Shown: in pieces, positions 47,835 through 57,509 of the stretch
Layout of the letters: every line of letters starts with the position of its first letter
Numbering within the stretch: position 1 is the stretch's first letter
Source: Minisyncoccota bacterium
GTDB taxonomy: Bacteria; Patescibacteriota; Minisyncoccia; Phycocordibacterales; GCA-2747955
Direction: 5' to 3'
Assembly: GCA_020628915.1 (NCBI GenBank)
Contig: JAHDEI010000001.1
Span: 19,985 to 83,984, forward strand
DNA: 64,000 nt
Notes under the pieces: generated by a model
The model's input: the letters and a program-made list of their open reading frames with translations, nothing else
Database searches by the model: none
What the model was told of the DNA's origin: nothing
Translations under genes and position numbers: made by a program

Positions 47835-48269
47835 CTAGCTGTTTTGTCTGTCTAAAAAAGATTGTAGGATGATGGCTGCTGCCCCATGATCAATCGGATC
47901 ATTCATGTTAACTTTGTTTGACGTACGATCTGATTTTCTGCTGCGCCTGACTGGCTTTGTTGTCCCCCACTTTGCCTGCATTGATGAAAACACTTCTGTG
48001 CAAAAAAATACCTGCAATCCCCATTCCAGCTTAATAAGTTCAGCGAACTTGTTAATATGTTCTTGAATAGTATTATCTTGACCATCCAAATTAACCGAAT
48101 GTCCCAAGACAACTGCCTGTACCCCCTCTTTTTTACATATATCACCAATAGAATTAAATGCCCCAGCAATGTTGTCTACAATTCCGTAAGCAGCAGCAAA
48201 CTGCCCTCCTGAATCTGAAATTGCCAGCCCTATTCTCTTTTTACCGTAGTCGACTCCGAGATATTTCAT
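47835..48269 (-). CDS. yqgF: YqgF/RuvX family nuclease
   Basis: YLGVDYGKKRIGLAISD, AAAIILQSFL. Confidence 0.92.
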   Translation of the reverse strand: MKYLGVDYGKKRIGLAISDSGGQFAAAYGIVDNIAGAFNSIGDICKKEGVQAVVLGHSVNLDGQDNTIQEHINKFAELIKLEWGLQVFFCTEVFSSMQAKWGTTKPVRRSRKSDRTSNKVNMNDPIDHGAAAIILQSFLDRQNS

Positions 48270-48433
48270 TATTGTTTTAATTTAAAGTCTCCCATTTCAT
48301 GGACAATTTCAAGTAGCTCTTCGTGCACTTCAGCACTTCTCTTTTCTATGTACCAGTATGCCGTAAGAATCACTACACACGTAACTACCAAAAAAAACCA
48401 CATAGGCACCTTCTGTAAAAAGAATGTTTTCAT
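48269..48433 (-). CDS. Small single-TM protein
   Basis: TGTTACAAT 6 nt before ATG; TAATG overlap with yqgF. Confidence 0.55.
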   Translation of the reverse strand: MKTFFLQKVPMWFFLVVTCVVILTAYWYIEKRSAEVHEELLEIVHEMGDFKLKQ

Positions 48434-48480
48434 ATAAATATTGTAACAAAAACAGCGCACCTACGCGCACTGTTTTTTTG

Positions 48481-48567
48481 CGGAAGTGGAGGGATTCGAA
48501 CCCCCGGTGCCATTTCTGACACTCCGGTTTTCAAGACCGGTGCATTCAACCGCTCTGCCACACTTCC
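48481..48567 (-). tRNA. tRNA-Ser(TGA)
   Basis: GGAAGTGTGGCAGAGCGG...CCGGT-CTTGAAA-ACCGG; long variable arm. Confidence 0.95.
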
Positions 48568-48626
48568 ATGTAGGCCACATTATAAATAAATTATTTCTTT
48601 TTTCAATGTTTTGTTAAAATGAGATT

Positions 48627-49109
48627 ATGAAAAAAGAAGAAAAGCCAGTGCTCCCAGAAGTCTCTTGGATTGCTCCTGAATTTCGATACGTTGAAAAAAC
48701 CAAAGATTGGTACTGGGTTCTCTGGATTGTATGTCTTGCCATTGCAGCAGCGTCATTCATGCTGGGCAACTACACATTTGCTGTCTTAATTGGGCTTTCG
48801 GCATTCGTCTTCTCCCTACTCGCATCAAAACGTCCACAAGAACTAACAATGACTCTGGATGACACCCATGTCGTTATCCAAGAAAAAAAATACAGGGTTG
48901 ATTCATTTGAGGCCTACAATTTTTTAGTAGAAGATGAACGTCTGTTACTCAAAAGTAAAAAACAATTTGTACCACTTGTCTCGGTCCCCCTTGGCGATAG
49001 ACCGCCCGAAGGAAAATTAAGAACGTATCTTGAAATGGTTGAGTGGCAAGAAGACGATGAACTATCTGAACCTTTCATTGAGCTATTCATGGAACGCCTT
49101 GGTTTTTAA
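48627..49109 (+). CDS. Hypothetical 2-TM protein
   Basis: WIAPEFRYVEKTKDWYW followed by two TMs; leaderless-type promoter. Confidence 0.75.
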   Translation: MKKEEKPVLPEVSWIAPEFRYVEKTKDWYWVLWIVCLAIAAASFMLGNYTFAVLIGLSAFVFSLLASKRPQELTMTLDDTHVVIQEKKYRVDSFEAYNFLVEDERLLLKSKKQFVPLVSVPLGDRPPEGKLRTYLEMVEWQEDDELSEPFIELFMERLGF

Positions 49110-49124
49110 TGTTTCAAACAAAAG

Positions 49125-49715
49125 ATGAAACTTGACCTCCCCCAGCTCTCTAAGATTGCAACCCTCTTCTTTGGCTTGATGGTCGTTCTTTTTTTTGATG
49201 AAGTTCTGATTCTAACTGAAAGCCCCATCTCATTGCTTTTGTCTTTGTTTACAGAAAGCTTTGTTGTCTCTAGTGCGCTCTCTCCCTTTGGGGCATTCTC
49301 TGTTCTCTCAGCGCAATACATACTGAGCCAAGGATTGTATGCCTATATTTTTATAGGTTTCCTTATTTCAATATCTGCTCATTTTCTCTCATTCTGGATT
49401 GGAAAAAAAGCAACAAAGAAAGAACTTAACAAGCACTACCCTTCTCTTCTTACGTTGGTACTAACATTTTCAAGCCCACAATTTGCTGCATTAACTGCAT
49501 TCGAAAGCGGGATAGAAAATTATTCATGGAAGAGGTACATGCAAATGGCCATTCCTATTTACGCAATTTGGTTTGCTGCGGCGTGTTTTATTATTTTGTA
49601 CGCTCCAATTGACTTGCGGGATCAAAAAGTTGCCTATTTTGGTTTCGTGTTTCTTGTTGGATGGATTCTCCTTCCCTACGTAAAAGATTTCTTCCAGAAA
49701 AAGCAAAACCTGTGA
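49125..49715 (+). CDS. DedA-like membrane protein
   Basis: Multiple TMs; SFWIGKK. Confidence 0.6.
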   Translation: MKLDLPQLSKIATLFFGLMVVLFFDEVLILTESPISLLLSLFTESFVVSSALSPFGAFSVLSAQYILSQGLYAYIFIGFLISISAHFLSFWIGKKATKKELNKHYPSLLTLVLTFSSPQFAALTAFESGIENYSWKRYMQMAIPIYAIWFAAACFIILYAPIDLRDQKVAYFGFVFLVGWILLPYVKDFFQKKQNL

Positions 49716-49740
49716 TAAAATCGTTCGCACTAGGCGAACT

Positions 49741-49763
49741 GCTCCCGTAGTTTAATGGATAAA
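49741..49763 (+). repeat. Duplicate of the 5' end of tRNA-Arg
   Basis: GCTCCCGTAGTTTAATGGATAAA identical to 49850-49872. Confidence 0.9.
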
Positions 49764-49849
49764 CATGCGGGTTCGGTAACTATTTGGGCGGAAGCAGCTT
49801 CCGCAAATAAATATGCGCTGGTAAAAATTTAAATGAAAATATTATACTC

Positions 49850-49921
49850 GCTCCCGTAGTTTAATGGATAAAACATGGCTTTGCGGAAGCTAAACTGCAG
49901 GTTCGATTCCTGCCGGGAGCA
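49850..49921 (+). tRNA. tRNA-Arg(GCG)
   Basis: GCTCCCG/CGGGAGC acceptor stem; anticodon arm TGGCT-TTGCGGA-AGCTA; GGTTCGATTCC. Confidence 0.9.
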
Positions 49922-50046
49922 CTAATGAAACAACTACCCCTTATGGGTATTTTGTTTTGTGAGTATTTGGATGGAATTGAAGTTTACACACAAAAAGAAC
50001 ATCTAGATGGATCATACCGAGAGCACGAATCTGATAAGATGAAGTC

Positions 50047-50559
50047 ATGTTACTTTCTACCCCACCATTTGATCCGAATTTTACAGCACGAAGCTTTTCT
50101 CTCGTTGACGTTGTCTCGGGAGAAAAATTGGATTTTGATCCAGCAAAAAGCAACGAACCATTTGTGATTGCATTTATCTGCAATCATTGTCCATATGTTA
50201 TTGCCCTCATTGATAAATTTGTAAAAATAGCGGACTCCCTCAAGGAGCATGGTATTGAAACGTATGCTGTTATGTCTAATAACTATGCTCTCTATTCTGC
50301 TGACAATCCAGAAAATATGAAGGTTTTTGCTGAGAAATACAAATTCGGATTCCCCTACCTTATTGATGAAGACCAGTTAGAAGCACGCTACTACGGTGCT
50401 GTTTGTACGCCTGATTTTTTTAGTTTCGGTGCGGACGGAAAAATGCAATATCGAGGATCTATTGATGGACTAGAAAATACCATGCTAGAGCTCAAAGAGC
50501 ACGGACAGACCTCTGCTGTACAAGTACCTAGTCAGGGATGCTCTATTAAGTGGAAATAA
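50047..50559 (+). CDS. AhpC/TSA-like thioredoxin family protein
   Basis: FICNHCPYV, AVCTPDFF, YRG, SQGCSIKWK. Confidence 0.9.
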   Translation: MLLSTPPFDPNFTARSFSLVDVVSGEKLDFDPAKSNEPFVIAFICNHCPYVIALIDKFVKIADSLKEHGIETYAVMSNNYALYSADNPENMKVFAEKYKFGFPYLIDEDQLEARYYGAVCTPDFFSFGADGKMQYRGSIDGLENTMLELKEHGQTSAVQVPSQGCSIKWK

Positions 50560-51216
50560 TTACGCGGGCTTTATTGGTAAATAACGCTTAAAGCTTCCCT
50601 GCCTGTAGAGATCCTCAAGGTACTCTTTCTGTTCCGAACTGATGCTTGCTACCTCGTCATTTATTCCAATTTTTTCCATTAAAAAACGATCAACTTCCAA
50701 AAAAGGAATTTGTGCTAACTCTTCTGGTCGCCCACAACGTGGGTCAGCCTGTGAACTGGATTCTATTACTTCAGGTGCAACGCCAATATGCTGGCACAAT
50801 TCTAAAATTTCATACTTCCAAAGGTCCATCAATGGCAAAAAACTTGATACACGACTAGCTAGACTAAAAGATCCCATAATGTGCTCTGTCTTGTTTCTGT
50901 TCCCAATTAAAATTCTATTTTCTAATAACCCAATTTCAATACACTTCGCCCAACGAAAAAGTTCCATGTCTTCAAACACGTCTTCGGAAAGCTTCATTAT
51001 TCTTACCTTTCCCTGTGAAGCAAACCAATCATGACACCGTAAAGACTCGCCAAAATACACTCCTAATGTTCTATCTGGATATACCTGGTTATATAACCAA
51101 AAACAAAGAGCACTATCTGTCCCTCCGCTAATCGGAATCAGAATATCTGCGTTCTCCGGCGTAGTCTTTTTGATCCAATCTAATAATAGATTAATTTTCT
51201 TGTCATGATCTGTCAT
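50560..51216 (-). CDS. NAD synthetase-like PP-loop protein
   Basis: IPISGGTDSA, GNRNKTE, PLMDLWKYEI. Confidence 0.75.
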   Translation of the reverse strand: MTDHDKKINLLLDWIKKTTPENADILIPISGGTDSALCFWLYNQVYPDRTLGVYFGESLRCHDWFASQGKVRIMKLSEDVFEDMELFRWAKCIEIGLLENRILIGNRNKTEHIMGSFSLASRVSSFLPLMDLWKYEILELCQHIGVAPEVIESSSQADPRCGRPEELAQIPFLEVDRFLMEKIGINDEVASISSEQKEYLEDLYRQGSFKRYLPIKPA

Positions 51217-51235
51217 ATAATGTATATTATACACT

Positions 51236-51763
51236 ATGTATGAAGAAGTGCTACATTTTTGGTTCGATGAACTAGAGCCAACTGACTGGTTTGCAAAGGA
51301 CGACAATCTCGATGCCACGATAGTCGAGAGATTTTCTGGTTTACACAAGGCTCTTGCTACCAAACAAAAAGTGCCTTCTCTTCCCAGCGACTATCTGGCT
51401 GCCAGCATCGTTCTTGATCAATTTTCTAGAAACATGTTCCGAGGAACGGATGAGGCCTTTTTATATGACAAACTAGCACGCACACTGGCTCGAGATGTTC
51501 TCGATAAAAAAATCGACGAACAATTCGACGATCTAAAGAAACAATTTTTTTACATGCCATTTATGCATTCAGAAAATATTACAGATCACATATTCATTCT
51601 GCCTTATTTCGAATCACTCTCTCTTCCTCAGCCACTTAAATATGAGTTACTTCATAAAGAAATCATAGAAAATTTTGGTAGGTACCCCCACAGAAACGCG
51701 GTCTTAGGTCGCACCTCTACTCCTGAAGAAATCTCGTGGCTTGAGTCAAATGCTGGTTTTTAA
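51236..51763 (+). CDS. DUF924 family protein
   Basis: VLHFWF, LDQFSRNMFR, YMPFMHSE, FGRYPHRN. Confidence 0.92.
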   Translation: MYEEVLHFWFDELEPTDWFAKDDNLDATIVERFSGLHKALATKQKVPSLPSDYLAASIVLDQFSRNMFRGTDEAFLYDKLARTLARDVLDKKIDEQFDDLKKQFFYMPFMHSENITDHIFILPYFESLSLPQPLKYELLHKEIIENFGRYPHRNAVLGRTSTPEEISWLESNAGF

Positions 51764-53310
51764 AAAGTAAGAAGATCTATAATCACCTCTCGATCAGATG
51801 CCCACAAGAAAGTACCCAAGCGTGGACCGCGGTCTTTGCTGATTAGCATATTGTAAATATCTTTAAAGAAGGTTCTTTGCTCCGTTTTTAGCTGCTTTTC
51901 ATCGTACTCTTCCCTCTTGGCTACTTTGTATGAGAGTGTTTCAAGATCTGTAATCGTAGGATTATCCATTGATTCAAATTCTGATCGGAATGCAGCCAAT
52001 TGATCTTTTCTGTACTCTGGCAATTCCGAAAGGTACTCAGTATTAACTGATTGATTAAAAGAGATCATCTCTTCTGCATTATATTTTTCAAGCCAGTTTC
52101 GCGCGAGAGGTAAGCGTCTTTCCACAACAGCTTTGTCGTATGGTAATTCTGACTGATCTAGAATCTCCGTAAATTTATCCGCATCCCAACCAACAATTTG
52201 CCCGAATCCAACGCATTGCCTAAATGATGGCCCTATCATGTCATGCTCTCGATCAAATTCGTCGTATTGTCTATAGATTTCACTATTAAAAGCTAGCTCA
52301 AACTGCTGGTTTGGCGCTTTTCGTTCGTACAGCCACTTAAGAAGTTCGGGTTCATAAATAGACAACAGTTGCAGTGGTGAAACCGCATTCCCTTTTGATC
52401 CAGACATCTTTGCTCCCAAGCCTTGGATTCCAACAAAACTGTACGCGACAAACACTGGCGGTGTATAATCAAAAACCTCCCGAGCCATAACAGAACCAGC
52501 GTCGTAACTGCCGCCTGTTGAGGCGTGGTCTGGTCCACCTGGCTCAAAAACTACCCCCTCATGCTTCCATCTCATTGCCCAATCTGGCTTCCAATTAAGC
52601 TTCACTCGACGGTCCTCTCGGATATTAATTGTATCTTCCTGTTTTGTGATTTTACACAGATACGTGATTGTTGAGTCTCCATCGTATGACAGAATCTTTG
52701 TTGCATCTTTATCTGTAAATTTTGAATACACAGAAATTGGGTAATATTCTTCTTTATATTGTTCTACATCAATACCTTTTGCTGCGATCGCCTTGTCCGT
52801 CATAAAAGAAACTACGATTTCAGCGATCTTGTCTCTGTGTTGTAGTGCATGCACAATTGCCTCATCGTAGACTCCGCTCCGATACATCTCGGTTTGATCA
52901 CGATATTCAATATGAATCCCAAGTTTTTCCATTGCTTCAACGAATTCTGACTGATAACGTGCGGCATATGAATCAAACTCCCCTTGTGGATCAGGCACGG
53001 CCGAAAGTGGCTTACCGATATGCTCTTCGAAAGATTCTGGCACTCCTACCGGCACTTTTCTAAATCGATCAAAGTTATCCCACGAGAAAACAAGTCGCGC
53101 TTCCCTCCCTCTCGAAATCAGCTCGTTGCGAATCATGTGTGCGGTCATCACATCCCTAAAATTTCCAAAATGAACTGTTCCTGACGGGCTAATCCCGGCA
53201 GCAGTAGTTACCACACCCTCTGGTGCATCTTTTAAAATAATATCTACCGCATCTTTGGCCCATTCTCTATTAATATGGCCCGCAATATTGAATCTACGTG
53301 ACTGTGACAT
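51760..53310 (-). CDS. lysS: Lysine--tRNA ligase, class I
   Basis: GISPSGTVHFGN, KLNWKPDWAMRW, KMSGSKGN, GPRLG. Confidence 0.95.
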   Translation of the reverse strand: MSQSRRFNIAGHINREWAKDAVDIILKDAPEGVVTTAAGISPSGTVHFGNFRDVMTAHMIRNELISRGREARLVFSWDNFDRFRKVPVGVPESFEEHIGKPLSAVPDPQGEFDSYAARYQSEFVEAMEKLGIHIEYRDQTEMYRSGVYDEAIVHALQHRDKIAEIVVSFMTDKAIAAKGIDVEQYKEEYYPISVYSKFTDKDATKILSYDGDSTITYLCKITKQEDTINIREDRRVKLNWKPDWAMRWKHEGVVFEPGGPDHASTGGSYDAGSVMAREVFDYTPPVFVAYSFVGIQGLGAKMSGSKGNAVSPLQLLSIYEPELLKWLYERKAPNQQFELAFNSEIYRQYDEFDREHDMIGPSFRQCVGFGQIVGWDADKFTEILDQSELPYDKAVVERRLPLARNWLEKYNAEEMISFNQSVNTEYLSELPEYRKDQLAAFRSEFESMDNPTITDLETLSYKVAKREEYDEKQLKTEQRTFFKDIYNMLISKDRGPRLGTFLWASDREVIIDLLTF

Positions 53311-53335
53311 TGAGACAATTTTATCACAGCATCTC

Positions 53336-53683
53336 CTAATCCCGACACTTTCCGCGAACCACTAGTTCAACCGAATTAATATCAAAGTCCTTGATGTCTA
53401 ATTTTTTTAGGATCTCCTTGTCTGAAACCGAAAAATGGATTACTTTTTCACAGCTAGAGCAGACTGCGTGGTGATGGTCAGCCATTGCGTATTCGTACAT
53501 TGATTCTGCTCCCTCAAAGACAAACTTTTTAACCAGCCCTTCTTTTACAAAAAGATCTAAATTCCTATACACCGTTGCTTGGTCAATATTTTTCAGTTGA
53601 GAAGAAAGATCACGTGCAGAAATCACACCGTGATGTTTTTTTAGTTTGTCCAAAATAGTCTGTCGTTTTACTGTTAATTTCAT
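53336..53683 (-). CDS. Fur family regulator (likely Zur)
   Basis: ATVYRNL, HHHAVCSSC; divergent from a Zn ABC operon. Confidence 0.9.
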   Translation of the reverse strand: MKLTVKRQTILDKLKKHHGVISARDLSSQLKNIDQATVYRNLDLFVKEGLVKKFVFEGAESMYEYAMADHHHAVCSSCEKVIHFSVSDKEILKKLDIKDFDINSVELVVRGKCRD

Positions 53684-53686
53684 ACC

Positions 53687-53745
53687 TGCGAATTATTTGC
53701 ATTATATATTCCCTGTGATATTATCACAAATGCAAATTATTCGCA
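53687..53745. promoter_or_regulatory. Fur/Zur-type operator region
   Basis: TGCGAATTATTTGCA (53687-53701), TGTGATATTATCACA (53714-53728), TGCAAATTATTCGCA (53731-53745). Confidence 0.7.
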
Positions 53746-53757
53746 TAAATACTATAT

Positions 53758-54843
53758 ATGAAATACGCAATCGGAGTACTTGCTGCCCTACTAGTTTTGG
53801 CTGGAGGGTGGTACCTATTTACCAATAATCAAAGCGCTGGGAACTATTCACAATCTGCAGTGTCAACGGGAACACTAGAAGAAAAAATTGTAATCACAAC
53901 ATCGTTTTACCCCCTAGAATTCATCTCGCGAGAAATTGTAGGAGATTTGGCAACAGTTAATAATATTGGAAAAGGTCAAGATCCTCACGATTTTAGACCT
54001 GATGCAAACGATATCAAAACAATGCTTGGTTCTGATCTTGTTGTTCTACAGGGCTCAGACTTTGAACCGTGGGCTAGCGGAATCCCACAACAACTACATA
54101 GCGTAAACATTCCTTTGTTTATAGCAACAAACAACCTTGAGCTTTTAGAGTTCGAGGATGACCATAATGACCATGGAGACGAACATGATGAGGATGTACA
54201 TGACGATCGTGACAGCCATCACGATGAACACAAAGACGGGCACGGACATGATGATCATGACAGCCACAAGGAAGAAAACCCTAACAAGCACGATGAACAC
54301 GGTGACAAACACCATCATGACCATGGAGAGTTTGATCCTCACGTATGGCATGATCTTGTTCTCTTTGGGGGTGTTGTAGAAAAACTTGCTGAACAAATCT
54401 CGGCGATTGATCCAGAAAACGCTAATCAATACCAAGCAAATGCAGATAATCTACGTAGCCGAATGGACAATCTGCACAAAGATTACACCCAGAGGCTCTC
54501 AAAGTGTCAGCTGGATCAGGTAATCACATCACACGATGCGTTCCAATACGTAGCAAATCGTTATGGTTTTGAAATTCACTCAATTGGTGGGCTCTCTACA
54601 CAAGACACACCATCTGCAACAGTACTCGCTGAACTCAAAAAAGAAGCAGAAGTTGGGATCTCAGCGATTTTACTTGAAAAAAATAGTATCTCAGCCTATG
54701 GAGAGACACTTGCGCGAGAAACTGGGCTTGATACGCTTAATGTACACCCGATTGCGTTTGTAGAAGGATCATCAGAAGACTACTTTACCCTTATGAGATC
54801 TAACCTTGATACATTTGCAACTGCTTTACAATGCAATGAATAA
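53758..54843 (+). CDS. znuA: Zinc ABC transporter substrate-binding protein with His-rich loop
   Basis: DPHDF, His/Asp-rich loop, DPHVWH, SHDAFQY. Confidence 0.92.
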   Translation: MKYAIGVLAALLVLAGGWYLFTNNQSAGNYSQSAVSTGTLEEKIVITTSFYPLEFISREIVGDLATVNNIGKGQDPHDFRPDANDIKTMLGSDLVVLQGSDFEPWASGIPQQLHSVNIPLFIATNNLELLEFEDDHNDHGDEHDEDVHDDRDSHHDEHKDGHGHDDHDSHKEENPNKHDEHGDKHHHDHGEFDPHVWHDLVLFGGVVEKLAEQISAIDPENANQYQANADNLRSRMDNLHKDYTQRLSKCQLDQVITSHDAFQYVANRYGFEIHSIGGLSTQDTPSATVLAELKKEAEVGISAILLEKNSISAYGETLARETGLDTLNVHPIAFVEGSSEDYFTLMRSNLDTFATALQCNE

Positions 54844-55534
54844 AAAAGCTATCACAGCACAAAATATTTCAAAGAAACTCGGAGACAGATTCATTCTCTC
54901 CGAGGTTTCTTTCTCTATAAAAAAGGGTTCTCTGGTTGCGCTGATTGGGCCAAATGGGGCGGGAAAATCAACGCTCGTTAAGATACTACTTGGATTAGAC
55001 AAAAAATACGAAGGTAGTTTTTCCATAGACCAAAATGAAACCATTGCATACATATCCCAACAAGAATCACATGATCGATTTGCATTGCCTATTTCTGTTG
55101 AAGAATATTTACAAGTGGGTGTAGCAACACAACTGCGAAAAAGAAAAATTAAAAAGGAGGACATGATCGCATCACTGAAGCACGTTGAACTTCCCTCAAA
55201 AATTCTTTCCCAGTCTTTTGGGACCTTGTCCGGAGGAGAACGCCAGCGTGTTGCTATTGCAAGAGCTCTTATGATTGAGCCTACGATTCTCGTCTTGGAC
55301 GAACCTCTTGCTGCAGTTGACTTTGGCGCGCGTGACGGGCTTTACAAACTAATTCGACATCTGCAACAAGACCATTCAATCACTACTCTATTGATTTCTC
55401 ATGATGTACAAAGCATCATCCCAATCAGTGATGAGATACTGTGCCTCAACCAAACTATCCACGGAGGATGTCACCCACTGGCGTTTATTGCTGGGAAATA
55501 CGAATCACACCAAGGCGTTCACCACCACTGCTAA
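54836..55534 (+). CDS. znuC: Zinc ABC transporter ATP-binding protein
   Basis: GPNGAGKST, LSGGERQR, LDEP, CLN. Confidence 0.9.
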   Translation: MNKKAITAQNISKKLGDRFILSEVSFSIKKGSLVALIGPNGAGKSTLVKILLGLDKKYEGSFSIDQNETIAYISQQESHDRFALPISVEEYLQVGVATQLRKRKIKKEDMIASLKHVELPSKILSQSFGTLSGGERQRVAIARALMIEPTILVLDEPLAAVDFGARDGLYKLIRHLQQDHSITTLLISHDVQSIIPISDEILCLNQTIHGGCHPLAFIAGKYESHQGVHHHC

Positions 55535-55537
55535 TTT

Positions 55538-56344
55538 ATGGAATTATTTACTTACACATTTGTCCAATATGCATTCTTTGGTGGCACAGCCATGGCAATC
55601 TTGGCTGGCGTGCTTGGTCCTTTTGTTGTGCAAAGCAAACAATCGGTAGCATCTGACATGTTTGCACACGTTGCCCTAGCGGGAATTGGAGGTGCTTTGG
55701 TCCTTGGATTCGCTCCTTGGTGGGGCGCACTCCCCGCTCTACTGATCGTCAGTTCGCTGATGTGGTGGCTACAAGATTCACATTCATATAGCCCTGATTC
55801 GCTTGCCATGTTCTTTCTGAGTGGAGGTCTGGCACTAGCCTTAGCATTTGTGCACGTCGCTAAAAACACCACGTTTTCTTTTGAAAATTACCTCTTTGGG
55901 AGCATTCTGACGCTCACCAAGACTGATATTGTTGCTATTTATATCTCTGCAGTCATCGTTATCGCGCTTGTTTGGTACTTTTGGTACCAATTGATTGGTG
56001 CAACAAGAGAACCAATTCACATTACACCCCATAACAATACTTCAAAAATAGTCTTACTTGTTTACTTTTGGGTTTTGGCCCTTGTTGTGTGGATCGGAAT
56101 CAAAACGATTGGAGGTTTACTGATTGGCGCCCTCTTGGTGATACCTGTTCTAACTGTTTGCAACTGGACCTCCTCATTTAAAACACTTGTTTTTGGATCA
56201 GTGATTGTTTCATTATTGTCCATGATTCTTGGACTGCTCGTGGCTCTCTTTATAGACATCCCTCCAAGCAGCCTTATTGTTGGTATGGCAATTCTACTTT
56301 TCATTTTCCAAACACTTGTAAAGAAATTTGTATTCACGTCCTAG
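55538..56344 (+). CDS. znuB: Zinc ABC transporter permease
   Basis: SDMFAHVALAG, YLFGSIL, IGGLLIGALLVIP. Confidence 0.9.
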   Translation: MELFTYTFVQYAFFGGTAMAILAGVLGPFVVQSKQSVASDMFAHVALAGIGGALVLGFAPWWGALPALLIVSSLMWWLQDSHSYSPDSLAMFFLSGGLALALAFVHVAKNTTFSFENYLFGSILTLTKTDIVAIYISAVIVIALVWYFWYQLIGATREPIHITPHNNTSKIVLLVYFWVLALVVWIGIKTIGGLLIGALLVIPVLTVCNWTSSFKTLVFGSVIVSLLSMILGLLVALFIDIPPSSLIVGMAILLFIFQTLVKKFVFTS

Positions 56345-56382
56345 CTCCTTACGGTTTATTTTGAATCATTTATAATAGAGAT

Positions 56383-57501
56383 ATGAGACAACTACTATTT
56401 TTTATATTACTCCTCTGTGCTTCCCCCTTCTTGGTGAGTGCTCAACAAGATGAAATTACCTACACAAAAGGTACGGTTATTGAAATCACAGAAACTACAT
56501 ACCCGATTGTTTTTGGAAACGAAATAGAATTTCAAAAACTACGCGTGCAAACAGAAGATGGCGAACTATTAGATTCTGTCTTTAATGATTACACCCCTGT
56601 ATCAGTCGGAACGACGGTGTATCTCTCAGAAGGCTACAATCCCGATACAGGACAAGAAGGATTCTTTGTGCGTGAGATTAATCGAATTTGGTCACTTGTT
56701 GGGTTGTTTGTGTTTTTCTGTCTTGTTTATGTTGGAATAACCGGAATAAAAGGACTCCGATCGCTTTTAGCCCTGGCGCTTTCCATTGCTGCTGTGTGGT
56801 TCGTGCTGGTTCCCATGATGGCTGCTGGCTACAACCCTCTCCTGATTGGGGTGGGTATTAGTATCGTTATTCTTGGTATAGCGATATTTGTTACCCACGG
56901 CGTTTCGATTGTTTCATTTGCATCATACATCGGGAGTCTTATTGCTATTGCCCTCACTATCTTGTTTGCAAACATTGCGGTAAAAGTTGCTCATATTAGT
57001 GGTTTGGCTGGAGATGAGAGTTCTACTCTTTCTGTTTTATACGGGTCTATTTTGGACCTCCAGGGCGTCCTGCTTGCTGCGATGATTATTGGTATCCTTG
57101 GTGTTTTAGATGACATCGCTGTTATGCAGGCAGCAATGGTGCGAGAATTTATGTACGAAAAAACAGGATCTATCAAAGAAGTCTTCTGGAAAGCAATGAG
57201 AGTGGGTCAGGAACACGCTGCGGCCCTGGTTAACACCCTCGTTCTCGCATACGTTGCTGTGGCCCTCCCGCTCTTCTTAATTGTTCTAGCACCTGTTAAT
57301 CAAGCTGGCAGCATCCCACTACCGTTTGGTATGCAGGTTTCAAACGAGCTGTTTGTTGTTGAACTTGTGCGTTCAATTGTAGGAAGCTTCGGCTTGGTTA
57401 TCACTATTCCGATTGTTACTGCGATTGCTGTTTATCTTTTCTCTAAATTCCCACCATCAGATTCGAATCATGGGCATTCCCATGGGCACCATCACCATTA
57501 A
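56383..57501 (+). CDS. YibE/F family membrane protein with His tail
   Basis: IIGILGVLDD, VNTLVLAY, ELVRSIVGS. Confidence 0.9.
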   Translation: MRQLLFFILLLCASPFLVSAQQDEITYTKGTVIEITETTYPIVFGNEIEFQKLRVQTEDGELLDSVFNDYTPVSVGTTVYLSEGYNPDTGQEGFFVREINRIWSLVGLFVFFCLVYVGITGIKGLRSLLALALSIAAVWFVLVPMMAAGYNPLLIGVGISIVILGIAIFVTHGVSIVSFASYIGSLIAIALTILFANIAVKVAHISGLAGDESSTLSVLYGSILDLQGVLLAAMIIGILGVLDDIAVMQAAMVREFMYEKTGSIKEVFWKAMRVGQEHAAALVNTLVLAYVAVALPLFLIVLAPVNQAGSIPLPFGMQVSNELFVVELVRSIVGSFGLVITIPIVTAIAVYLFSKFPPSDSNHGHSHGHHHH

Positions 57502-57509
57502 AAAATAAT

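Noticed and set aside
54155-54325. GAT/CAT/GAC-rich low-complexity repeat
   Set aside because: Encodes the normal His/Asp-rich loop of ZnuA
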